DNA of 64,000 nt from positions 11,594,001 to 11,658,000 of the forward strand of contig OZ024746.1 of assembly GCA_964016885.1 (NCBI GenBank), given 5' to 3'. Position 1 is the stretch's first letter. Each line of letters starts with the position of its first letter. The notes under the pieces were generated by a model. It was not told where the DNA came from, searched no databases, and saw only the letters and a list, made by a program, of their open reading frames with translations. Below, in pieces: positions 1 to 12,300 of this stretch. Source of the stretch: Eledone cirrhosa. Taxonomy: Eukaryota. Both the position numbers and the translations under genes were made by a program.

Positions 1-3000
1 GTGAATAATATTAACAATGACAGTATTTCATTTTGTTTTAATCAGCTAAGCAAAAATAATAAGATATTTATAAATATCAAAAATGAGAACCAACTACTGA
101 TATTTTTCAACAAATAAATTAAGATATTGATTTTCTCACAATAATTCTTTTACCATATAAAAAACACACACGATGTGTTGGTTTATATCCAAAAGATTCT
201 TATTTAAAAATAGGTCTTATTAAAAAAAAATAATTCAAGACAAAATTCTTTTTTTAAATAACAGAAAATGATAATTAATTGCAATAAGAATATCGACAGT
301 TTGTAATACTAAAAAAACAAAATGAGTATTTAAATGAAATTAATCAAAACAACTAACTTAAAATGCAAATTAAGCCCTCAAATATGTAGAAATCTAGTAA
401 AATATATCTCGGGAAGTTGGTCAAGGTATGTAATAAAGTTGGAACATGTTAATTATATAAAGGGGTACAAGTAATCAGTGTTGGATAAATTTGAATCCGT
501 CGGAAAATCTGGTGACAATCAGCTTCTAGATAAACAGATCAAGACGGAAATATAATCAGTGCAAACTCCCCAACTAATACAAAGAGATGTAATCATGTAA
601 CAACAGCATATATTCTTCTAGTGGAGAACTAAGATGAGTGGTTGACTCTTTTCTCCCACCAATAACACAATCATCGATCGTTACAAATATATAGACATGT
701 GTTTCGTTTGAGAGAAAGCTGAAGAAATAACGGCAGATTAAAATTGCTTATCATAACCAGAACCGCGATGACGATGGCATTGTGATAAAATATTTATTTT
801 TTTAAATAAGGATTAAAAGCACGATAGAATAAATAAATACTGCCGTGGATAAAAAGTGAAAATAAGGGAAATAGTAGTGTAAAATTTGAAGTAAAAGTAA
901 GCCATCATTATTGTTGAAGGGATTTAATTGAATGTTAACTAGACAACACACTGCCCTCCATTATTACATGACGCTGTACGCGTGCGTGTGTATACCTTTG
1001 TAGACACATGTCAGCATGCATTTACATATATTCACACACGCATGCGTACGGGTTCCTACTCATATCTTGTATTTCTCTTACAACAAATCACTCGCTTTTA
1101 ATTGTTTGTGTTTGAAAGAAATGAATTAGATCGACAATTCGAAATCTAAACACCACCACCACCGCACAATTTCATTCGTTGTAGACATACGCAAACAACA
1201 ATAACATGATCAACAACAACAATAATAATAATAACGAAAGGACACATTTTTGTTTTTTTAAAAACATATTTAGCATAATAAGTCTGACCCGCGTAGTATG
1301 ATTAGTAGAAGCAATAGTAGTAGTAGTAGTAGTTGACAAATAAACGCAAAAGCCAGCACTACCTACCTCATAGTAGTAACTATGACTAGAGAAAGAACTC
1401 CGTTATAGCAGCAGTAATAGTAGTAGTAGAAATAGCAGTGTGAGAATTAGGGCTTGCTGTAGTAGTTGTAAAAAAAAAGATCCTGGTTGGGTAAACGCAT
1501 ACAAAAAATGATAGTGATGAAAGTAAATCCATTTCAGATAAGCTAATGAAGATGATAGCAGCTCATATGTAGTAACGCCTGAGCCATTATAAATTCTCTT
1601 AGTAACATCACGATTGTCGACATGGACAGCAAAGAAAGCATCCCTGGAGCTGCGAGTGTTCCAGATCCAGCAGTAGTAGTAGCTTGGAAGTGTTGATGTT
1701 GCTTGTCTTTGATGTTGATGTACAGACGTCGAGTATTCAGTAAGGTACGACCAGTAAGGTAACAATTGACCACCAAAGCTGTAGAAATTGAACAGGCGAT
1801 ATGCATTGCTATGCGAATGATTGCTTGAACTAAATACGTCTGGCAAAGCACACGGCCCAAATTAATAACAACAACAATAATAATAAAGAATTAAAAAAAA
1901 AAAGAAAAGGCATTTACCACATGCTGCTGCTTGTGGTGGTGCTCTCCTACTGCAGCACATCAGCAAAAGCGATCCGCCATGTTTGAGTGAGACTAGTGGT
2001 AGTAGTATTCGTAGTAATAATAGCAGAACAGAGCCAAATCAACTGACAGCCTAGTGTCAATCATTAACGCTAGTACTAACAACAACAACAACAACGGCAG
2101 CAGATCTCGTAATAAGAGCAGTTGTATTAGCAATGACAAGCAGAACAACATGGAAAGCCCTCACACTGCCTTTTTCGCCCCCTCTCTATCTCTGCTTCAT
2201 AAGAAACCGACCTGTCATAGTCGGTTCGTGCAGCTGCATGTTGTACATCCTGGCAGCTGTAGCAAGTTCAAATGGTCGGAGTAGTTTTATTGGAGGGGAA
2301 GGAAAAGCAGAAGCTATTGTGGTAGTAGCAGAAGTAATAGTAACAGCAGCAGGTCATTAAAACCTCTAGTAAACAAGAATCTTATTCGTGAAATCTGAAT
2401 AGTATTTTAATACAATTTACAAATGGCAGAGGCTCGCTTAATGCCTGTGGTGGTTTCCTTGGCACGTCAGTCGGAGAAATAGTCTGATATTGTCTTTAAA
2501 GTGACTGATAACGTATTTAGCCCGACATGTATACATAGTCACGTCTCCGTCTCTGTATACAATTAGCAGTTGCCGCCCGCTGGTGTTGTTGTTGTTGTCG
2601 TCAGACTCTACTTAGCTGTCAATGTCTAGTTGTATATATACATAGACAACAACTACATAAAATTTGTACCAACAAATCAAAATATCTACCTATATTTCAT
2701 GTATATATACGTGGTTGATACAACACCAAGAGTGAAATTCATTTAATGTAATATAACAAACAGAAGTTGACATCCACTACAATAGTGATATTAAAGATAG
2801 AGGTTTTTACATAAATGACATTATGTTTTTTAAAAAAACAACAACTATACATATAGATATGCACGCGCGCACGTATATGGACACAAACACGCAAATATAT
2901 AATTATGGGTGCATGTGTCTACATAGATTTACAGGAATACACCGATTATTGCATTTCAAATATTGTAGTTTCTGAGTTTTATGAGACAGGTAACTTGCAT

Positions 3001-3550
3001 CCGAAATTCGAATATTGCGTATAAGAATTCGATTTACTGCGTTGCACCTGTTTGCAGCAGTAAAAAAGGGGGGGGGGATACCGAATGGGTAACTAGCAAA
3101 ACATTTTCTGTGTGGTTGGACAGGTTTATAAAACGATCTAGAATCCATAAATATTAGAGTTATAGGAGGGTGTAAAGTGAGGGTGATAAAAGCATCGAAT
3201 TTTAAAATAATATACTGAAGCTGGTTGTGTTGAAACCAATTATAAATATTGAAATAGGATTGTTTTGGAAACGAATGCCTAATAAAACTGACTTGATGGA
3301 AAAATAAATATTATAGTTTGAAGTTAAAGGGACGGCAACAGAAATCATTCAAGTTTGTTTACACCAGGTTAATGTCGAGAATAAACGGCAATATCAGAAA
3401 ATTGATTGGCTAGCATAATGTGGACCTAAAGACATTTTTAATTTAGGGCATACGTGTGTGATTACAACGACGAAAAAAAAAAAGATGCAACCGAAAAAAA
3501 TTCTCATTAAAGAACTCGATGCTATTTTTAGAATCTTTTAACATGGAAAG

Positions 3551-3640
3551 CACACGGCATTAGATGTATATCCGACAGAATCGTTGGAGTAACCAACAAA
3601 CACATGACATTAGATGTATATCCGACAGAATGGTTGGAGT
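3551..3640 (+). repeat. Two-copy direct repeat (~40 bp, 50-bp period) leading into a degenerate SINE
   Basis: cacacggcattagatgtatatccgacagaatcgttggagt and cacatgacattagatgtatatccgacagaatggttggagt. Confidence 0.8.
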
Positions 3641-3760
3641 GACAAAGTGCTATCGGTCTTTAGTTGCGGTTCTTTATGTAATGAGTTCAAATATCACCGA
3701 GGTCAACTTAGCATTTCATTCTTTCGAGTTGATCAACTAAAGTATCAGTGAAGTCGTGGA
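3625..3760 (+). mobile_element. Degenerate tRNA-derived SINE (same family as 7972)
   Basis: gagttcaaatatcaccgaggtcaacttagcatttcattctttcgagttgat resembles the B-box and body of the young copies. Confidence 0.65.
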
Positions 3761-3993
3761 ATCGCGTTAATACCTTTGAGGCATCCTAGACGTGAATGGA
3801 GCTATACTAGAATATAGAGAGCTAATCAAGTCAGAAATAAGTCCAACATAAACAAAGCTGCCAAACAATCCCACAAAAGGAAAAACAAAAAAAAATCCAA
3901 ATACCTTTTTTTTTTTTTTTTTTCAATTTCAATATTTAAAAAACAAAGTATTTCATTTTATTGTTTTGTTTTTCTTTTTTCGCGCGCGCGCGC

Positions 3994-4063
3994 ATGTACA
4001 GGGGTATTTGAGGACATTTGCTAAATAAAACAATTAAGTGTCCTCAAGTACCTCTTGCACCAT
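3994..4063. other. Imperfect inverted repeat / stem-loop (~20-bp stem, 16-nt loop)
   Basis: aggggtatttgaggacattt pairs with aagtgtcctcaagtacctct using only Watson-Crick and three G-U pairs on the + strand. Confidence 0.75.
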
Positions 4064-7000
4064 TTATATATTTATACACATACATAAACACACATAATGT
4101 TCCCTTACCTAACAACAAAATATAAGACTTTCTCCATGGAACTAAAATTAAAGCCACAACAGAGAAATCATTTTTACCAGAAACCTACATATATAAATAC
4201 ACTCACAGAGATATACACATACACACCATATTTGTGTATAAGTTGCACCACCCTCTTATATTTACAGTGTACTGTGTATTGTGTATTTTGATGAAAGCAA
4301 TATATACAATTGATCATTTGCTTGTCAAGTGAATATGTTTCACCAAGGCGATCAAATAAGATCGAAACAAGTTCCTTTCTTTCAACAAGATGGCATAAAC
4401 ATCCCACTGCATTATGTTTTAAACGGCTCCTAAAAGTTTAATCAACTTATATTAGGTGTTCTCTCCCTTGCTTGCTTGTCATGGTCAGAATACCTCAAAA
4501 GGGAGTTTTGGTCTTGACATTGTAAAAGTAGTTTTACACTCACCATATTTAGAAGGTAAACCTCTATATGTACATATACACTTCAAGCAGAACACCCCCT
4601 AAAGTATAATTGACACACATAACCAACATATGATTCTTTCCCTTTTCCAGTATAGCCAACTTTCTCAGTGAACATGCATTGCAGAAGAAATCTAATGAAG
4701 ACAATGTCCATTCCCACTGAATTATCTAAAACTTTGCCAAAATATTTGGATCTACTCAGACTGTAGGAGTTTTCTACTTTGCTTGTTTTCCAAAATTTCA
4801 GAACCTCCAAGGGGTGTTTTGTTCTTGAAATTGTGGGAAGAGTCTCAGTTGATTGAAGCTATTTTTTGTTTTGTTTTGTTTTCCCCCACTCATCATATTT
4901 AAAATGTGACACACCACTACATCTCTAATCAAGACTGTTAGAAGAAATAGACAGATTGACACAAGTTGTATAAAAACAATGTGGATATACTGGCTTTCAA
5001 CCTCAACAAGAAGCAGTACATTGGTGTAATGAGTGGTAAGTTTAAGAAGGAACTGAATGAAAAACTGCTTGTTCCAAATAGTTTATAGTATACAAATCAA
5101 GCCATAAGGTAAGCAAAGTAATCATAATTATGAAAGTACATGTCTTGTCTGTAACAGTAGATATGCTAAAAGCATTACTGTTAGTGGGAGTGAAGATAGT
5201 AACTAAACTAGTGCATTGAAAGATCTTATTGATTGGTGAATGGCATTTAAAGCTCTAGTCAAAACTGCTCGAAAGTTTGAAGAAACAGTAAAGGTGAAAG
5301 AGTTAATGAGTACAATGTAATGTATATGCTGATGGTAGGTAGCATTTGGACAGTACTCCACACAGTAGCTGATAACTGTCATATTGTTGATGAAACAGCT
5401 GTTAGAGAAAATACTTGGGGTCAACGACCAACCTAGAAATAGTGGATGCAAAACAATGAACTGAAAGTTTGTTAAGATGTTTTACTTTATCTTATGGTTT
5501 GAAAAGAGGGTATATATTTTAGCAGAACCAATGAATGTGAAAGACCTAGTACTCATTGCACAAACAGTTGAAGATTGCAAGTAGTAGAATTGGGTTGAAT
5601 AAAACAGACTAAAGGGCAATATGGCAAAGAATATAGTATCCCATAAAAGTGATGGCAACTTTTATTATCCCTTAAAAAGACACAAATAAACTTAATGAAT
5701 ATTTTATTGGAAAAGTACAGAGATATTTAAATCAACTACTAGTAAACTAGCATCTAGAGATCAAATGATAATTTACATAACTATATCTCAACATGTACAT
5801 ATATAATTACTTGAGTGAGTGTCAGAACAGTAGCGGAGCTAGAATTAGAAGTGCAGTTTTTATCCAAATAGTATGATGTGTCAGAATCACAATAGTGTCA
5901 GGCATGTAAACTTAATATGGAAGGAAACAAACTGTAAAAGTCAGGGAGGATTAAGAGAAATCTGATCTCTGTTGAATGGATGATGTGAATCAGAAACAGA
6001 CTTGAGTTTGAAGAAAGATAATGTGGCTAAGACATCACAAGCTGATTATAAGATAGAAAATTCAAGATATAGGAACATATGATGGAGATGGAGAAAATAG
6101 ATAAGAAGTGTCATTAGACATCAATTAGTTGAATTACAAGCTGTTATAGTCAAAATAAGTCACAGACAATTAAGAGCCAGAGTTTACATACAGGTCAATG
6201 ACAAAGAAAAATAGTAAAATATAATAGGGATCATCTTTATGACAACTTTAGCTTGGAGTTTTTCTTTAAAAAGGTTAGTGAATAAGTACTCAGACTATTT
6301 CTCAACATAATATAGTCAATATTAGAGACAAAAGTTTATGTATATTGAAATAATTTAGTTACATGTTATAATTCTCATTACTAAGTTGGTGTTTAGAACA
6401 CAACTTGAGAAAAAATTTTTACAAAACATAATTGAATTTAAACAAAAACACTGAAACAAATGTTTTTTTGTTTTTTGTTTTTTGTTTTTTGTTGTTTTTC
6501 TTCATTGAATTAAGGGCGATTTCAGGGGGCTGATATGAAAAGATTTAAAGGGCCTCTTCACTGTTCTGATAATTTAAATGTATAGTTACTACAATCAATG
6601 GATTTTCTTATTTTCTTTTTGCCTATTGATGCCATAATATAAAAACTACTGTTGTACAGTCCCTATTTCATCCCTCCCCTATTTTTGAAATGCCATCATT
6701 TATTCATTTAGATGGGATGGAATTGAACTCCTTTGTATCTACAATTTCTAAATAGCCATAGGATTTCTACAAAGCTGTACTGCAGCCCTATATAATCCCT
6801 TAGCAAACTTGTAGTATGGAAAGTATAATGGAAGTATCTGAAACAATATAAAGTTAGCTCTTGAAAATAAAATAAAAAATATTTCACAATGGCAGACTAT
6901 AGTATATTCAATATGATCAATGCTATGTACAACTACTGAGACACCTTGCAAGATTCTCTTCTCGTTTTCAACAAAAACTTCTTTCAACACTTCCCACTTG

Positions 7001-7971
7001 ACTTTTCAAACCAGATATGGTTTATCTTGTGTATATAATTCAAAATTCAAATCATTAGTGAAACATATACAATTTCTAGAGACTAATCTGAATTCCAGTC
7101 ATGTCAGGTTTGTAAATGACATATTTCTACAAGACATCCAGCTCCCTGCAGATGCAATGAACATGGGGTGACAGTTACTCACGACATGTGGCCAATTCAA
7201 ACAAACTGAGGCAGTAAATAAGCTAGCTGTGGTTCAAGAAAATTGTGAAACAAAATCACTTCTTTCTTATCAATACACCCACCGATAATTTTAATGCAAC
7301 AATAGAGAATCCTAAATGTCTATTGCTCTGTAGATCAACAAAAATTTGCAAACCAGTTGAGCATTTAAATTTCTAAATTTTTAATTAGCTGTAATTATAA
7401 TTTTTATTGGCAGTATATTATCACTTTTATAATTAATACCAAACATGAACTTGAAATCCTTTATATTGTTATTGTTCAGAATAAAAACAAATAGATTTGT
7501 GAGACAAATCAGACCAGATGAGCAAGACTTGTCTCACAATGGGACATCTCATTAACCCATACTAGCATGGAAAAGTGGACGTAATATTTGAATGTACTCA
7601 ATAAATGATGATAACAAATGCAGGATGAGTCTATGAATATACATACACAAGGAGTAAGAATTAATTATAATAGGGGAAATATTATAAAAACTGCTTATGT
7701 CACTTACATCTTCCATTACCATGATGGCAGCTGATAATATATGTCTCTTTTAAATTGATTAAAGGATATCTGGAATTTTCTTTAACATAACAGTAAATAA
7801 AACTAATGAAAGGAAATCTAGTATCAGTCAGCTTGTCAAACAGGAGCTTAACTCTTTAAGGTACTTAGCAAAGTGACCTTAAATATCTTGAACAATTAAA
7901 TTACAGGGCAAGGAGAAACAGGATATTATAACATTCATCCATTTCCAAGAAACATTATTATTATAAATGAA

Positions 7972-8157
7972 GGCGGTGGATTGGCAGTATCGGTAAAGGG
8001 TCGGACGCCGTGCTTTGAAGCATAGCGTTACCTCCCTGTATGATCTGAGTTCAAATCCCGCCGAGGTTAACTTTGCCTTTCATCCTTACGGGGTCGATAA
8101 AATAAAGTACCAGTAAAGCATTGAGTAATTGCTGGCCTTGTGCCAAAAGTAGAAACA
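7972..8157 (+). mobile_element. Young full-length tRNA-derived SINE with 18-bp TSD
   Basis: A-box-like ggcggtggattggcagtatcggtaa, B-box gagttcaaatccc, tail ccttgtgccaaaagtagaaac. TSD attattattataaatgaa at 7954-7971 and 8158-8175. Close copies at 39368 and 63311. Confidence 0.9.
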
Positions 8158-8517
8158 ATTATTATTATAAATGAAATAATTTCAATGAAAAGATACAATT
8201 TACAAATTAACAGGTCCAGAGTTCTCAGATTGGGCTACTTTCTGAGGCTGTACATCACTATTTTTTTTTTCTTTCTTAGTTTGAAGAATCCTATTGAATA
8301 TCACAGGATATTATTAACTAAGTCACTTGGAACCAACCTACAAGTAATCACATTTTTAAATTTACAATATTTTCAATTTGGACTGTTTTCTGTCACAATC
8401 CACTATATTTTTTTCATATTTTTCTGCTGCTTTCTATAAAATTGTCCTTTTTCAGTTGTTGCTTATCCATAATTACACACAAATAATTCTTTCTTAATGT
8501 TCCCCTCCCTGCTGAAA

Positions 8518-8584
8518 TGTGTGTGTGTGTGTGTGTGTGGTGGTGGTGGTGGTGGTGGTGTATGTGTGTGTGGGGGGGGGGGGG
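8518..8584. repeat. Compound microsatellite (TG)n(GGT)n(G)n
   Basis: Directly visible. Confidence 0.9.
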
Positions 8585-8846
8585 TATATATTCCATCAAC
8601 CACAATAATTAAGCTTGGTGATGTACTTATATCAATAGGCAATACTGACCTAAAAACATGGCCAGCCCCTCAGAATAGAACCCAAGTTATGACTGGTAGT
8701 AAGTCTTTCTCCATCCCCACCAAGCACACATCATATAAAAGCTGAGTGATTGTGATATGTATCCTGGAATTGCATTGTGTCTGGGATGTGGTAATTAACC
8801 CTCAATTAGCTTAATCTGCCTGGCTATAAATAGGTATCTGTCAATT

Positions 8847-9060
8847 CAACCTTTTGATACCAAACGGCCTTTAACATCCTGGATTTATGATACAAAACAG
8901 CTCATTTTAAAATGTTTATCCTTATATCTACTATCATAACTTTTAGAAATGTTTGTTAATTAATGTTCTAAACAGCTTACCAATGATAAAACTTAATTAT
9001 TTTATAAAGACTTAAAAAGAAGAGATGTTAATCTCGAAATATCAGGACAAGAAAGAGATG
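8847..9060 (+). mobile_element. Degenerate piggyBac-type MITE, family A
   Basis: Begins caaccttttgataccaa; body similar to the 9106 copy. Confidence 0.6.
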
Positions 9061-9105
9061 AGCTTCATAAAAATGACATTCCAGGTACACTACATAAAAA
9101 TGAGT

Positions 9106-9310
9106 TTAACCCTTTTGATACCAAATTCCCTGAAACTTCCCTTGGTTCTATGATACAAAACTGTTTATTTTAAAATATGTTTATATCTATTTTAATTTTA
9201 TCTAAACGAGAAGATTATTTAACTAAATTCTACCAAGTTCTTGATTATTTTCAAAATTATTTCAACTTCATAAGCAATGTTTTTTGTAAATATTATAACA
9301 AAAGGGTTAA
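9106..9310 (+). mobile_element. piggyBac-type MITE, family A (TTAA-CCCTTT...AAAGGG-TTAA)
   Basis: TTAA at both ends, CCC/GGG termini, starts ttaacccttttgataccaa; many copies in the window. Confidence 0.8.
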
Positions 9311-12300
9311 AGGTGATCTGAGGGCACAATGCATCATGGCATTCCCCACCACCACTTTGCATTGTATACAATAATTTCTGTTATTATGATGCCACACTGT
9401 CAACCAAGGATTAAAGAGATAATTAGAGGGAATTAGGGAAGGTAAAGTGTTGATACAACTTGATCAGTTGAACTATTTGCTCATGAACCCAGAGCCATCT
9501 GTAGGTAAAACCGATGTTGTTGTCTACAGGTAAAATGAGTTATAATTGCATTGCCTCAGTTTATCTAGCCTTTAGTGATATACACCAGATCATCTGGTAC
9601 ATATTCCTAACATATCACCTGACAATGCAAGTGATAAATGTCCAACAGGCCATTTATCTTACCTAGTTTCTGGCAGAACCAACTCTCAAAACTTTCCAGG
9701 ACTTTTATGTTGAAGGAGCTTCAATTTAGTTACTTGTCCTGCTAGAAATAGCAGCCAAATCACATCCTTCTGTTTCAAAAGAAGCCTATCTTAGATAATG
9801 TAGTCCGAGATATATTGTGAATGAAAATAAGATGAAAATGGTAAATTATGGTCATAGGATTTCTAGATCATGGCTGACCAGGGCAACAATACATATGGGA
9901 GAACTTTCCTAGTGAAATTAGTCAACAATATGTAAATGTTTCTTAAACTGAAAGGAACTTGTATGGCCTAGTACTTTACTCTGATTTCACAGCATAAAGC
10001 TCATCAGAAATACATGGTTCATCCCATGGGTAATGTGTCCATCACAGATAACACTATTCTCAACAGCTGGGTGAACTGAGCAGTATATATAATTGTATAT
10101 ATTATTCAAATATATTATTATGTGTATTGCTCAAATCTGTACAGCAAAGTCAAACTGAAGAATTAATGCTAATATCATATCTATTATTATTTTGCTTCTA
10201 CAACCAACATATATGTGAAGTACATGTACCAGCTAATTCATGTGGTAACTACATGATCAACTGCTTCTTAACAAAAATTGCAGTTGACCTTCTGAAGTTC
10301 ATGTACCTCAGCATTGTTAACTCAATGTTTATACACTGGAAATGCCATTTAAGAAGGCATGATCATTACATAATCCCATTTCATATACATGTCACTTCTG
10401 CTTAAGTAAGAAATCAATGCTCACCTCCAAATCACTCACAGTTGGCAACATAGAAATAAGTGATAAATGTTTGAAACAATAGTCGCAAAGAACACATTTT
10501 CAATTAGTAATTGTATTTCTATCCTTCAACTGCTTCTTCCCATTGCCAGTAGCAGCTAGTCATAAATCTATTCTGACAATTTCAGATTAAACAGCATTGC
10601 CAAACATTCTCTCTCAGATACACTAAATTTACTTGATAAATTTGTGGATTTGTAAACCTATTTCATCGATAATATTCTTAAAAATAAATAAATAATATTT
10701 TTTAAATAAGCATTGCTTTCTTTTTTTTTTTCTTATATATATATATATATACTGAACATAAAACATCTAGCATATTCATCAATAGTATATTTTTTAGGCA
10801 GAGTAAGATGTGTGTGTAGATGTACATGGAGGTATTCTTTATTCTCCAATAAAAAGAAGCAGTAAGTATTGTTAGAGCTTCCATGTTTCATTTTATACAT
10901 TACCACACCATCCTGATAGTACTTGTAAGTAAATCTCTCCCTGACATGTGATGCATGAGAGAGACACACAGACAGAACAAGAGTGGAAAGAAACAAATGC
11001 CTTCTTTCTACCTTATGGTTTATAGTTTTGTTTATCAATATAAATGAGAGTATGAATATGCATAGGAGATTAAGATACAGATTAAAGATACGAGGGTGAT
11101 AGTTATAATAGTGATGATGATTATGATGTGGCAAAGATGATAATTGTAAGATAGAAGTGGTTGTGAACAAAAAAACGTCATTGTAGTGGTGATGAAGAAG
11201 GGAGATAACAGTAATGATAGTGAGGATGAAATCTTCTTCAAGTAAGGGATGATTATAATAGTAATGAAAGAATAGTTGATGATGGAGGTGATGATGATGA
11301 TGTTTAATGGTGGTGATGATGACAGTGGTGTTAATGAGTTGCATATTTGAAGCCATGCTCAACTAAATACCACTACAGTCATTAGTCCAGAATAAATATT
11401 GGATGAGATCTTGAAATGTTCTTGCACATTAAAGTGAAATAAAATGTTTCTTATTAGAGAAAACACTGAAAAAGCTCCAAAATTAAAATAGAAAAATGCT
11501 ACAAATTGATTTTTAATAATGTAATGTTAACCTAAAATGTTATGCAATCTTCAAAACTTGGTCCAATGAGAATTATTTTTAATGAAATCTTCAAATGCAT
11601 TTATAAATCTATTTGAAAACTATATACTAATTTACACTCAAAGCTCTAAAATTTGTTAAAGGTCAGCATTCAGTTTATACAACTGACAATAAAATACTAG
11701 AATTGATAAACACCTAATTCCCCCTCCCCACAAAAGAAAAGAAAAAGAATAAAAGGATATTAATTACTCATTTTTGTTTTACATTTTCAAAGCTTAACAA
11801 GACAGTAACAATAAAGTATTTCTTAGGATGGCAGAGTGCCATTTGATATATCTACCTTATGCCTGGCAGGTGGTATTCAACAAAGATTTCAAATAAGGCT
11901 AACACATGCCATTTCAAGTAGCTTCTATATATGATAGGCAAGCACCATTCTATATAGCTTCCATATATAGCTAGTCAATCACAATGCAGCTAACAATTTC
12001 ATTTTCTTTCTTATGAGAGCTATTAAATGAAGAAGAGAAAAGTGTTTTCACTCTTGTTAAAAGAAGAATCTACATTATAAAATGATTAGTCATTTTGGTG
12101 TGTGTTGAATTTCAAAGTTGAATACTTTGAGAACAACTTCATTGGTCTTTGGAGACGACACTCTCAGACATGGTTTAGCCACATAATCAATGGCTATCTT
12201 GTATCCATTTACTTTCTCATCTCAAAGCTTGTCTTCCCTATCTTTATTATCTTTCCCAAAGATAGTCTGAAGAACAATTGGAATTACTACATAACAATAC

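Larger units (their letters stand above)
400..4000. promoter_or_regulatory. CpG-retaining island, candidate promoter or 5'UTR-like region
   Basis: CpG is frequent here (roughly 30 in the first 1.3 kb by eye count) versus about 8 in 4400-7900. Contains a YY1/Pho-type CCGCCATGTT (1974-1983), a GC-box-like GCCGCCCGC (2572-2580), NRF1-like CGCATGCG (~1039-1046), CG runs (2861-2873, 3981-3993) and CAA/TAG triplet tracts. Confidence 0.5.

Noticed and set aside
1403-2360. ORFs of 75-147 aa in the CpG island
   Set aside because: Mostly non-ATG starts, low complexity, no recognisable family; more consistent with UTR-like sequence
4490-4905. Direct and inverted ~40-bp similarities (4490-4560, 4580-4600, 4800-4905)
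   Set aside because: Probably an old DNA-transposon remnant, but ends and TSD could not be defined
4920-5460. Possible decayed LINE coding remnant
   Set aside because: Purine-rich and coding-like, but I could not recover a diagnostic motif
7972-8060. tRNA gene
   Set aside because: Has A/B boxes but no cloverleaf; it is a SINE head with body, tail and TSD
10733-11362. 209-aa His-rich ORF
   Set aside because: Arises from degenerate (ATG/GTG)n triplet repeats and starts at a non-ATG codon; no domain
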